From the NCBI RefSeq assembly GCF_001194135.2, contig NC_068998.1:50752001-50787495 (forward strand): a stretch of DNA of 35,495 nucleotides. The letters run 5' to 3'. The DNA is from Octopus bimaculoides (Eukaryota). Made by a program: the position numbers and the translations under genes. The notes below the pieces were generated by a model. It was not told where the DNA came from. It saw nothing but the letters and a program-made list of their open reading frames with translations, and did not search any database. Shown in pieces: positions 20,727 through 31,837 of this stretch. Position 1 is the first letter of the stretch; every line of letters begins with the position of its first letter.

Positions 20727-21188
20727 TTGTGAGTGTGTTTGTACTTGTATGTATGTATGTATGTATGTATGTATGTATGTATGTATGTATGTATGTATGT
20801 GTGTATGTATGCACACGCACAAAGAGAAAGAGAGAAAGGGTGTTTCTAAGTGTAGCAGAGATCATCCTTCTCTATGTGTTACACAAGAGAGATTTCAAAT
20901 TTCGAACTAAAAGCGAAAGAAATACTCATTTAATTCTCGACGCTTCTACTGTTTACAACATAACTGCGAACATAGCTGTGATATCTCAAGTGAAGGAAAC
21001 TTAAGTACCTAAAACATAAAGATGACACGAAGCTATTAACAGGATACCACCCTTGGACATTCTGACCGGCCATATAGAATCCTTTCAACTCTCTGTTACT
21101 AACGACTTCAATGAAATATTTCGTGCGTAGGATTTCGCGTGACTCTTCGAAGATTTCATTTCCATGATTCTGTATCAGAAACATATAT

Positions 21189-21315
21189 TTAACGCTTTAG
21201 CATTTAAACTGACCATATCCTGCCTAAATATTGTAATTGTTTTATGTTCAAATCTGCCAGATTTGGCCTCTCATACATGCTCCACAATGTCGTTCTTAAA
21301 ATAAACAATCGCGTT
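21189..21315 (+). mobile_element. Possible piggyBac-like non-autonomous element 5' end
   Basis: Starts TTAA-CGCTTTAGCATTT (TTAA-CCCTT-like terminus); no matching right TIR; truncated by a family D SINE. Confidence 0.3.
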
Positions 21316-21319
21316 CGTT

Positions 21320-21450
21320 GAAACTGGTACTTAATTTATCGACCTCGAAAGGTTGAAAGGCAAAGTTGACCTCGGCAGAATTTTAACTCAGAACGTAAAA
21401 GCAGATGAAATACGGCTAAGTATTTCGCCCGGCATGCTAACGTTTCTTGC
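21320..21450 (-). mobile_element. SINE family D fragment
   Basis: CTGGTACTTAATTTATCGACCTCGAAAGGTTGAAAGGCAAAGTTGACCTCGGCAGAATTTTAACTCAGAACG. Confidence 0.88.
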
Positions 21451-21744
21451 TTCCAAGAAACGACAGATAAAGTTTTACGTTTCATTGTAATATTTCGGAG
21501 TTATGGCATCTTTCTCACGACACGCGGAGAAATGAGAAATGGAAACCGTTGCTAAGTTTTTAATCTAACATAATGCTACACAATCCATCCCCCTAATTAT
21601 TCTAGACTTGTATGTATGTTGTATGTATGTATGTGTGTGTGTGCATGTGTGTGTGTGCGTGTGTGTGTGCGTGCGTGCGTGCGTGCATACATATAGTCAA
21701 TTTAGTGAACAAACAATTCAGAAAACGATAAGAGAAAGAAAAAA

Positions 21745-21875
21745 AAAACCAACGTGAGCACGTTCACAAGAATTATATTAGTTTGACGCTCGGTGACAGG
21801 AGAGAGTTTTTAATGTTTCGAGCATGGCTCTTCGTCGGAAAGTAGTAAGGTAAGAGACCAAAGAAGAAGGAATAT
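21745..21875 (-). mobile_element. Penelope-like terminal-repeat remnant with hammerhead-like motif (same family as 9070-9245)
   Basis: TATTAGTTTGACGCTCGG..GTTTCGAGC..GCTCTTCG shared with the copy at 9.1 kb. Confidence 0.7.
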
Positions 21876-21890
21876 ATATATTAATGAATG

Positions 21891-22138
21891 TTATCAGTAG
21901 CCAGCATATTAAAACCTTTTAGGTAAAATACATTTATATAGATAAATAATTGTATGGGGTACAATTATACTCGAGGGCACAAAAGCTATTATTCCTCTAT
22001 GCTGAAAGAAGACGCCGAATATGTCCTACCACTTCAAATATTCACTTCACAAATAATTACACGGGTTGAAAGCGAGAAAAGCAGGCTGGCTAGAAATTTA
22101 TAAAACAATTCGGTTAGCTTTGGATTGATCAATTTCTG
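21891..22138 (+). mobile_element. Third, diverged copy of the long-TIR element
   Basis: TTATCAGTAGCCAGCATATTAAAACCTTTTAGGTAAAATACA resembles the reverse complement of 12020-12070; then AGGGCAC..TATGCTG..AGACGCC..CACGGGTTGAAA colinear with 11655-11800. Confidence 0.65.
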
Positions 22139-22232
22139 GAGTGAATATTTCAAGTGGTGGACGTATTGTTCTTTCAGCATACAGGCATAATAGCTTTCGT
22201 GCCCTTAAGTATAATTGTACCCTATACAGTTA

Positions 22233-22293
<61 letters not shown>

Positions 22294-24784
22294 GTTTATC
22301 TGTCTATCTAACTATCTTCATGGAAGTACCCCTATCCATATCTTCTGGAAAAAGTTGAGTTGTGAACATTATTCTCCTGCCAATATTCTCCTAACAACTT
22401 TTACTCTTTATTCTTCTATTTTATTCCTTATAAACTGTGAATTCTATTCCTTGTAAACTGTAAATTTTCCCCGTCTAAAATATTCATACCTTATCTCTGC
22501 AAGCGGAACACCCAGTGCACGTATATGCTAACCAACCACTTGGGTTATCCCCGAAACGGCTGTAAGACTTCAAATTCACCTTACCCTAATTCAATTATTC
22601 TAAATGACTTGAGATACTTGTTCTCGCTTGGTTTTGATTTTTGCTCTAATATAATATATACCTGCTATAACGGAACCCTGATGCGGATCCCTAGAATGAG
22701 CTTTAACTGCGATCTTGGAACCTAACAGTTGACCAACTACGGCACTTACGCAGCGTACCTATTCGTTTTGATCACAAGTGAACTAAACCCCTCGTATTCT
22801 ATATGTGTGTGTGTGTGTGTTAGTTATGGTATATTCTGTTAAGAACGTAGTACAGTACATTATAAAGCTTGTCCACCTTCAGATTTCACCCTGTGCTAAA
22901 CAGGGGTAGTAATAGTAGTATTATACATACTTCCAGGTTTGCGTTTGGGCTTCTGTCGTGTGTGAAGAGATAACTGAAAAAGCTGAAAAAATTTGGAGTC
23001 AACAAGAAGGAGTACGATTGGACATTTATTCTCAATGACTACAAATGTTTCTACGCAACATAGTTCTCCGTGTGTGCATCATGTACATGATTATGCAACC
23101 ATTTCCCTGCCTTATGAGATCTAGTCGTGTTTCCTCAGGCGATGTGTAAATATTTTAAATCATATATATATATGTATATATGTGTGTATANNNNNNNNNN
23201 NNNNNNNNNNNNNNNNNNNNNNNNNNNNNNNNNNNNNNNNNNNNNNNNNNNNNNNNNNNNNNNNNNNNNNNNNNNNNNNNNNNNNNNNNNNNNNNNNNNN
23301 NNNNNNNNNNNNNNNNNNNNNNNNNNNNNNNNNNNNNNNNNNNNNNNNNNNNNNNNNNNNNNNNNNNNNNNNNNNNNNNNNNNNNNNNNNNNNNNNNNNN
23401 NNNNNNNNNNNNNNNNNNNNNNNNNNNNNNNNNNNNNNNNNNNNNNNNNNNNNNNNNNNNNNNNNNNNNNNNNNNNNNNNNNNNNNNNNNNNNNNNNNNN
23501 NNNNNNNNNNNNNNNNNNNNNNNNNNNNNNNNNNNNNNNNNNNNNNNNNNNNNNNNNNNNNNNNNNNNNNNNNNNNNNNNNNNNNNNNNNNNNNNNNNNN
23601 NNNNNNNNNNNNNNNNNNNNNNNNNNNNNNNNNNNNNNNNNNNNNNNNNNNNNNNNNNNNNNNNNNNNNNNGTATTTAGTTTTTTAGCCATATCGAAATT
23701 ATTTTATACTTCTGCTCTTGAGATTTCTGCACGTCTGATTCTTTGCCAAAACTTTACACGTCTCTCTTTTAGTCTCTTATTATCGCGACATTGATTCTTG
23801 ACAAACAAACAAACAAATCCAAAAGGGGAAGAAAAAGAAAAAAAAAAAGAAAAAAAACGATGCTCGTGAAAGAAGTTAAAATAATCAGAAATCGATCTGT
23901 TTTACCATTGAATGGCAGTAATATCCGTCTTTATCTTTGACAATATCCGGTGAAGGCGACCAGGAATCTCCACACAGTTAATAGAAAACAGAATCATTTC
24001 CGTTTCTTAGATTCTCTTGCGATACACACACGAACACACACACACACAAGTGCACATGCACAGATATTCAAACACGCATTCATATATACACACGTACATA
24101 TGAATATATGTGTGTATGAATATATTATGCATTATATATACACATGTATTTACATATATATATATGAATATATGTACATAAATGTATATATACATACATA
24201 TATACATATATATGTATATATGTATGTATGTATGTATGTATGTAAGCGTGTATGTGTATATATATATATATATATGGTATTTGCTTATGTGGTGTTTCAT
24301 GCTAAAAGTTGGATTCTGGCAGAAAAATCTGGATTACGACATACCCATGTCAGTGTAGCTCACTAAACGGAAAATGCCATAAGCAACAGAAACCTTATCT
24401 ACATATCCATTGGCTCGTCTACCATCAAAATGCCTCCTCTCTCTCCCTATCTCTTTCTCTCAAACTATATTTCTCTATCTAATTATCTATCTATCCATCT
24501 CTATTGCACCACTACATTTAATGGTGGATGAAGTAGAAGATAATTTAAGGTCACACCGGAAGTGCAACCATTTCGGGCATTATTTGTAGCATTATGTAGC
24601 ATTATTAAGCAAAAAGATTCTATCGTAACTCTCACTCTTATTATGTATATATACATATATGTATATATACACGCACATATGTACAGGCCTCCATATATAT
24701 GTATATANNNNNNNNNNTATACACGCACATATGTACAGGCCTCCATATATATGTATATATACATGCATATATGGGTACAGGACG

Positions 24785-25000
24785 TCAAGAAAACGTGAAC
24801 AAAATAAGAAACGAAAACATAAAAAACAAAAACATAGAAAACAACTTTTTCGAACAACGAAAGAAACAAATAGAGAAACGAGATAGGCAACATAAAGAAC
24901 ATTTCCTTCATCAGTTGTCCCCTGTTTTATCTACTCCGAGTTTCGAAGATAGGGACAAGACGCGACTTCGTTAAAATAAATTAAATAAAATTTGGGGTTT
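24785..25000 (-). mobile_element. Possible Penelope-like terminal-repeat remnant (third type) with a permuted hammerhead-like motif
   Basis: Minus strand GTC-TTGTCCC-(30 nt)-GGGACAA-CTGATGA at 24908-24961. Confidence 0.45.
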
Positions 25001-25654
25001 TTTGCGGAGGGTTAAAGTGGTAACAAAAATAGGACAGTAAGAAGAAACGGTAAGGGCGTTTGAGCCATAACGATGTGAAGTGGTGAACGCTGAAGAAACG
25101 TATATATATAGTTTGGTTACCATCAACAGAAATTCTTTGGAGATTGTCTAAAATAGAATCTCCAATTATAGAAAATAGAATTAGTTAAAACGCTTTCGGG
25201 TTGGTTATTTATATAAACTATGTTGTGCAACGTTCATTTTAAAAGCGAACCTATTGTTGTCGTAACCAATTACTTTATTAAATGAATAAAACTTACATAA
25301 CTGTTCAAATAGTACGAAATCTTCCTAATGGCTGTGTATGTGTTTGTGTTTGTGTGTGTGTGCGTGCGTGTGTGGATAGGTGCGTATGCGTGGATGTATG
25401 CATATACGCAATATATATACATCTGTACATACATACACATAAACACATACATATATATGTATATATGTATACATATATATATATATATATATACATTCAT
25501 ACACACACATATATATATATATATATGTATAATTTTATCATGAAATCTACAAGTATTTTGATTTTCATTATTACATAATCTTGACTATCTTAGTTGATCG
25601 GGTGCTGTTCCACTTGAAGCTTTACTACACTATATATATATATATATATATATA

Positions 25655-25872
25655 TTGTATCGGCCTCTTTTTGTCGAACCGCTATGTTTCGAGGACGTAA
25701 ACATACCAACACCGATTGTCAANNNNNNNNNNAAGCTTCTTTCAGTTTCCGTTTACCAAATCCACTGATAAAGCTTTGGTCGGACCGAGGCGCCTAAGTT
25801 TACCATGCAGTGAAACCGAACTCGGAACCATGTGGTAGGGAAGCAAACTTCTTACCACACAGCCATGCCTGG
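25655..25872 (-). mobile_element. SINE family A spanning a 10-N gap
   Basis: Head ..AAGCAAACTTCTTACCACACAGCCATGCC (reverse) and 3' half ..CTCTTTTTGTCGAACC..GGACGTAAAC. Confidence 0.88.
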
Positions 25873-26209
25873 GCCTACATTTCTATTGAACGAAAATAAA
25901 TTGCTTTTCCTGCTTCTCGCCAAAACCCCAAAAGCAGAAACAAAAATGATTCTTCCATTTAATGGGAAAGGCGAAAATGACAAGACCAGAATGATACACA
26001 GCATACTATTATAAATTTATTTCTCTTCTATTTTTGTTGCTGATTAATCTGCCATTCTTTCTTGTCATTCCGATATTCTGTCATTCTTTTTTACCTTTTT
26101 TCAAAAGCAAGAGAAAAAAAAACGTAAGATTCTTAATTTTCTGAATCTTGTCAATGTTTTGAATCATTATATTGTATAGAGTGAATTTAGAAAACTGTTA
26201 TAGCTTCGG

Positions 26210-26425
26210 TCAAAATGCATTGGGAGTAAATCAGCCTGCATTTTATGTTCTGATTTCAAATATCACGTGGTTAGTTTGACCTCTCATCTTTCTATAAGCA
26301 ACAGGTTAAAGTACCACACAAGTACTGAGGTCGATGAAATAAGTACCAGTTGAACACCAGGAGTTGATGCATTTGACTTTTCTCCTCCCGCAAGCTTGCT
26401 GGCCTTGTCAGAATTTGAAACCTAT
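26210..26425 (+). mobile_element. Diverged SINE family D
   Basis: GTTCTGATTTCAAAT..GAGGTCGATGAAATAAGTACCAGTTGAACACCAGGAGTTGATG..GCTGGCCTTGT. Confidence 0.7.
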
Positions 26426-26454
26426 ATAATGTAGTCGTAGTCCAACTTCTAGAC

Positions 26455-26759
26455 CAGCACTTCATAAGCGTTTTTCATGCATGACCCCACTTTTCATCAC
26501 GAGATATTTCGCGACCCCAAGTATTGAATATGTAATAAAATATATAAATAAATACATAAATCCTTTAATTTTCTTTTCTCTCTTTTTTTTTTTTTTGCTG
26601 AACAATAAACAAATAGGAAAGGTAGTTATGTTAATTGTCAAAACATAAGTAGTTTTAGGATTTGTGAAATAACACGTAAACTGAGATTCAAGGGGTCTGA
26701 ATTTAATTATTGCGACCCCAGCATTTCGCTTCGCGGCCCCATTAGTTTAAGAAACGTTG
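26455..26759. mobile_element. Second hAT-like MITE, 305 bp
   Basis: Decayed TIRs CAGCACTTCATAAGC / GTTTAAGAAACGTTG (about 10/15); four subterminal (GC)GACCCCA-like motifs; left flank TTCTAGAC and right flank TTTAGAAT. Confidence 0.7.
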
Positions 26760-26764
26760 TTTAG

Positions 26765-26905
26765 AATGACTAGTACTCCGTCGGTTACGACGATGTGAAA
26801 TGAAGTGTTTGGCTTAAGAATACGACGCGCCGCCTGGTTCAGGAATAGAACCCACGACCATGTGTTCTTGAGCCGAACGTTCATATCCACAGGGCCACGT
26901 ACTTC
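26765..26905 (-). mobile_element. Internally deleted SINE family C
   Basis: The reverse complement has the head (CGTGGCCCTGTGG..GGGTTCTATTCC) fused directly to the tail motif CGTCGTAACCGACGGAGTAC. Confidence 0.7.
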
Positions 26906-27189
26906 TACAGAGCGACTATCATCAGGTTCCTAAATACCTTGAAACACGACAGCGGGAAAATATGGCAGGTCACGTTTTTTTTATAATTTTTCTTTTTTTT
27001 TTTGTTATCTTTATATTTTGTTTTCTTTTGTTTTGTTTTTTCTTAGATTTTTTGCTTTTTTTTGCTTTGTTATGTTTTTTGGGGTTTTTTTCGGTTTTCC
27101 AAGATTAAATTCATTCGATGAAAATAAATAAATATATAAAAATACGATTTATAATTTCTGTACTTATTATATTCTTTACTTATGTAATT

Positions 27190-28045
27190 GTGTGTGCATT
27201 TAGGTATTCATATGTATGTATGTATGTATGTATGTCAACATACATTCACTCACACACTCGTATATCTATTATATACATGCGTACACATGTATACATATGT
27301 ATATATATATATAAATATATATATACACATATATATATAAACATATATATATATATATGTACTTATATACATACGTATATATATATTTATATATATATAT
27401 ATGTATATATATGTATGTGTATATATATATATATTATATATATACACTTACATGCCCACGTACATGAATACATGCATACGTGTATATATGTATATGCATG
27501 TATATGCATGTATAAATATATATACACACACACAAACACACACATACACACACATACATACACACGATGTCTTTATTTATTTTTTCTTATTAAGATGTAT
27601 CTTGTCTACGAATAAATGTTTTACGTAATTTTTTTTTCTTGTTCATTTATTTATTTTGTATTTATCTCAATTCGATTAAATAATTTAATTAAAGCTCTCT
27701 TTACATATGCTAATTCGATATTGTAATATTTTATATTTATTTTCATCTGTTATTTATTTTTACGTTCTGTGAGATATTCGTTAGCTTATAATCAGGATGT
27801 GTATGTGTGTGCACGTGTATGTGTGCGTATTTGTATGCGGGTGTGTGTGTATGTGTGTGTGTGTAGTTCATTTGAATTATGCGTGCGTGTGCGTATGTAT
27901 GTGTGTGGGTGCGTGTGCGTTTGCGTATGTGCGTATGTGTGTGTGTGAGCTCGCGTGCGTGTATGTGCTTGCGTGTGTGCGTGTGTTCGTGTGTGTGTGA
28001 GTGCGTGTGTATGTGTGCTTGTGTGTGTGTGTGTGTGTGTGTGCA
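27190..28045. repeat. Degenerate (TA)n/(CA)n/(TG)n microsatellite field
   Basis: Direct reading; explains ORFs 27118..28063. Confidence 0.92.
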
Positions 28046-28449
28046 GATTATCTGACTTGACAATAATATAAACTTACTGTAAAAAGTTGTTGTTGTTGCG
28101 GTTATTGTTGTAGTTGTTGTTAATGCTGTTGAGGTTAGTGTTGTTTATCCCCAGGCTAACCCTATTCAAGCAGACTTACGATCAAAGAACTTCCAGCCGT
28201 GACTCTCTCGTCATTTGTCATATTATACACCCACATTTTACAACGGGAGCTTCTTCGTGTCATACGAAGGATCTGATTTAAAGGATTAATCAAGATGACT
28301 TAAGAGATTAATAGGAGAGGTTAATGATTAATGGGAATGCCTTTGTGTAGGATGATGAGCTGCTATTTATAATTTGTACTATGACCACAATGAGCCTCCT
28401 CCGTTGGTTTCTGTGTGCGCATATGTTACCTGTTTGATTTGTTACTAAA

Positions 28450-28640
28450 ATTATCTCTGATGGCAACCGACAAAAATTTTGCCAGTTTTCAAGATGAGGT
28501 ACATTAATCTAATCAGTTCGTGCCAGTCACGAGGCCAAATATCCCTGAAAGTTTCATTCGAATCTATCCAGCGGTTCTTGAGATATCTTGTCCACTGACA
28601 AACAAACACGACTGAAAACAATACCTCCGCCTTCACTAAG
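28450..28640 (+). mobile_element. 3' part of a non-autonomous element of the ACCTCCGCC..GGCGGAGGT-ending type (Helentron-associated/HINE-like or Crypton-like; class uncertain)
   Basis: AAGTTTCATTCGAATCTATCCAGCGGTTCTTGAGATATC..GACAAACAAAC..GAAAACAATACCTCCGCCTTCACTAAG; the second half of the terminal palindrome is missing. Confidence 0.5.
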
Positions 28641-28651
28641 AGATCTATTCA

Positions 28652-28810
28652 CTATATTTATTCGTGTATATGCCGCATTATTTGTATTTGATGGTAACTG
28701 AAAAATCTAGTGTGCGAGTTATACACGAGGCTAAACGAAATCAATGAAGGAAAAAAATATTTGCACCAAAATTTAACATAAATTTGCTACGTATACACGA
28801 GTAAATACGG
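28652..28810. mobile_element. Tc1/mariner-superfamily (pogo/Tc2-like) MITE, 159 bp
   Basis: TIRs CTATATTTATTCGTGTATA / TATACACGAGTAAATACGG (16/19; two differences are at a CpG); right TA target site, left CA. Confidence 0.8.
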
Positions 28811-28974
28811 TATGTTCCCCGAATGTGCTAAGTTTTATACCATGGACTTCGTTAAAATCGTGTAATGCTTGTAAAATTCTGTTAATCTGTATTTCAAAAT
28901 ATTGAACAGACGCTGTTTTCGGCACCAATAAACTACGAAAATATTTATTCAATGGAATTTTGTTTTTTCGTTTT

Positions 28975-29150
28975 TTCTACAACCTCATGTACCAACCCAT
29001 TGCCGTCGCGTTTACACACTAAATCGAATAATTCCAGAATTGTCAAAATCATTTAAGAATTTTGTCCACACCCCTCATGGAATCCTGACTTAGCATCATG
29101 CAATATTCATATCTTTCCTCAATCCAAAACATGTTTGAATGACTGTTGCT
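28975..29150 (+). pseudogene. mariner transposase fragment (C-terminal catalytic region)
   Basis: From 29057 reads EFCPHPSWNPDLASCNIHIFPQSKTCLND, matching EVLPHPPYSPDLAPCDFHLF..LK..L; the upstream FLQ..PTH..TL.RI.EL lies in a shifted frame. Confidence 0.7.
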
Positions 29151-29702
29151 ATGAAAGCTTTTGTAAAAAAATAAAAATAAAAAAGACTCTAGTGCAGTAA
29201 AAAAAAAAAAAAAGGAAAACTTTTCTGCACCTGCATTTCATGATTGGCGCAAACGGATGACGGGGACAACAATCACCAACAAGAGAGAACCATATGATAA
29301 ATACTTAATTTAATTCTGAAAAATGTTGTCTCTTTATAATAAAAGACTTTTTTTTTATCTTTACTTTTACAGATGCTTAATTTATTGTAAACACATTTAA
29401 AAAACAAAAATTCTTTCGTATGTTGTGTTGTGTTGTGTTGCATTTCGTAATATACAGCTTATTATCAGATTAGCTGTTTCGATTGTGTAATTGATGTTGT
29501 ATTTATTAATGTTGCCTTCTGAAGTATTCTTTTATGGAAACGACAAAAATTATGATAGCCATAAGTACAGTGGTATTTATGGTGATGATGGCGGTAGCGG
29601 GGGTGGTAGTGGTGAGGGATATTGCAGTATGCATGTACACACACGTTCACACACACACACACATACACAAACTTGCTCGCATGATTTTTTTTATCTTTAC
29701 TT

Positions 29703-29891
29703 TGCTTGATAACCGATGCTGGTGTGCTTACGTCCCCGTAACTTAGCAGTTCAGCAAAAGAGACCAATAGAATAAGTACTAGAATTATAAAGAATAAGCC
29801 CTGGGGTCGATTTGATCGACTAAAGGCGGTGCCCCAGCATGGCCGCAGTCAAATGACTGAAACAAGTAAAAGAATAAAAGAATAAAAGAAT
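29703..29891 (+). mobile_element. SINE family A, 3' half with (AAAGAAT)n tail
   Basis: AACCGATGCTGGTGTGCTTACGTCCCCGTAAC..GGCGGTGCCCCAGCATGGCCGCAGTC..GAAACAAGTAAAAGAATAAAAGAATA. Confidence 0.92.
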
Positions 29892-29944
29892 AGTAGTTTG
29901 TTAGTTTATTATAAGCTGTTTCGCAACGTCAATAACCAGTGTCA

Positions 29945-30028
29945 ACCTCAGATCGTGGCAAACAGGCAGAACCGTTAGCGCGTTGGCTAAAGTACTTAAC
30001 AACATTTCCTACGACCCTCTACGTTCTG
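29945..30028 (+). mobile_element. SINE family D, head, cut by gap
   Basis: GGCAGAACCGTTAGCGCGTTGGCTAAAGTACTTA..CTACGTTCTG. Confidence 0.7.
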
Positions 30029-30123
30029 NNNNNNNNNNNNNNNNNNNNNNNNNNNNNNNNNNNNNNNNNNNNNNNNNNNNNNNNNNNNNNNNNNNNNNTT
30101 TTTTTTTTTTTTTTTTTTTTTTT

Positions 30124-30451
30124 CTCTTCATTTCTTGTTTAAATTATTCTTACACAATTTTCAGTTTTGATGACGCCAAGTTTCTTCGACTATTTCAAAA
30201 GTGGTTGCACGGCATTTTTATATACCACCCTAGGCTGTTTTCTTCTGCTTCGATACAGTCCTGGCAACTGACCAAACTCCTCCCACCTTTTCTTCATAGG
30301 ATGGAAGGCTCAGTGTACTGACAACATTTCTCTGGTCTTGGTATCCATTTTCTTCATTTCTTTCTTTTGCCATTATGTAATTCTCGCTCCATACCGAAAT
30401 GATGCTGTCGCCCACGTATTAACTGCACGGATTTTATCACATCCAGTCAAT
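30124..30451 (-). pseudogene. R4/Dong-clade non-LTR retrotransposon fragment (RT thumb region)
   Basis: LTGCDKIRAVNTWATASFRYGARIT*WQKKEMKKMDTKTREMLSVH*AFHP / RKGGRSLVSCQDCIEAEENSLGWYIK / AVQPLLK*SKKLGVIKTENC, with two frameshifts. Matches the L.G.NKI.AINTWA..V.RY.AGII.W...EL..LD.KTRK.L..H.A.HP...RK.GGRGL...DC..E.NSL..Y pattern. Confidence 0.85.
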
Positions 30452-31242
30452 NNNNNNNNNNNNNNNNNNNNNNNNNNNNNNNNNNNNNNNNNNNNNNNNN
30501 NNNNNNNNNNNNNNNNNNNNNNNNNNNNNNNNNNNNNNNNNNNNNNNNNNNACATAACACTTAGTTTTGACGTTGGAGGTGAATACACCTGGCTAAGGAA
30601 GTTTAATACGGTTGAAACACGTTTATTACTTTTCCAAATTGTCACAAAAGTTCGAATTCACCAAATCTTCAATCAATTGATCTAACAGCATTTGTCTCCC
30701 TTGTTTGTCGTTTGCGCTACTTAAACAATCCCAGAGGGATCTTAGCTCGGTTTGTTCTTGTTTTCCTTCTTTCTTTCTTTTTTGTTTGTCTGCTAATTAC
30801 CTGAGTAATTTCAGTTACTCGACGTTTTTCTAACTGAATTGATTACATATGGGAGACCATAAGTACCGTAATTTGTATTTAGTATGCAGGCGACTTCTCT
30901 GGGGATGATGTTCCTGTCAGCCATTGTGTTGCTATCTTCAACTGTTGGACGACTGGAGTAATTACTGAGAAACAATGTGGAACATAAAAGGTAAACAATA
31001 ATAAAAATCAAAACATAACAAAAAGAAGGAAAAGCGAAGAAGCTCTCATTAAAAGTGGCTTAGAATTTTCGAGAAAGTATTTAAAATAACTAAAAATGTG
31101 GCATTAATAATATATTGGAAAAGCAGATAAAATTTCCAGACAATCATTGTAAAACAAGAAAGAAAAAAGAAAAAAAAAACAAGGTTGCGCTTTTCACGTG
31201 ACAATAATGAAAGGACAGTGACCCAAGGTGGTGGTGGTCATG

Positions 31243-31301
<59 letters not shown>

Positions 31302-31343
31302 TCTTGTTATTACGTTGGTGTGTTGTTATCTTAGTTGTTACAT

Positions 31344-31383
<40 letters not shown>

Positions 31384-31389
31384 TCTGTA

Positions 31390-31640
31390 GGACCTGCACG
31401 ATCACGGTATTCCAGCCGTGACCATCCCGCCTCCTGTCCCCATATATGCAGGGGAATCAGGGCCATATTCCCTAATGTTGCTCTGGTTTTCTTTACAATA
31501 TGGAACGAAGAATATTTGGATATGCAGCTGCTATTTCTAGCATGCAGAATGACCACGAAGAGACGCTCGCGTTGACTCGGGGACTCGGAACGGGCTCTTT
31601 TATTGGCACGAATCTAAGTGGTCATTAGAAATAGCAACCA
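31390..31640. repeat. Family E repeat (+), followed by an inverted fragment of the same family
   Basis: ATTCCAGCCGTGACCATCCCG..GCTGCTATTTCTAGC (+), then TAGAAATAGCAACCAAAT (-). Confidence 0.55.
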
Positions 31641-31806
31641 AATCGCCTTCCTCCAACCACGCCCTAAAGTCTACCCTCCTACCCTAGATATACGAACCTT
31701 CGGAGTGGTCACGGTGGGAAACTCAATGAATCAGGATTAAGAGAGAAGAGACTATTACTACTACCACCATCACCATCATCACCACTACTACTACTACTAC
31801 TACTAC

Positions 31807-31837
<31 letters not shown>

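Noticed and set aside
22935-23062. Open frame VCVWASVVCEEITEKAEKFGVNKKEYDWTFILNDY after a CAG, as an exon or Tc1 fragment
   Set aside because: The pyrimidine tract is weak, there is no convincing donor before the stop, the phase is incompatible with the 15242 exon, and the similarity to Tc1 MVWA motifs is marginal.
24666-24759. Exact 42-bp direct repeat (24666-24707 and 24718-24759)
   Set aside because: The copies flank a 10-N placeholder gap, so they are most likely an unmerged contig overlap (assembly artefact).
30552-30690. Continuation of the R4/Dong element beyond the N gap
   Set aside because: No YKYLG or other RT motif is recognisable in any minus-strand frame.
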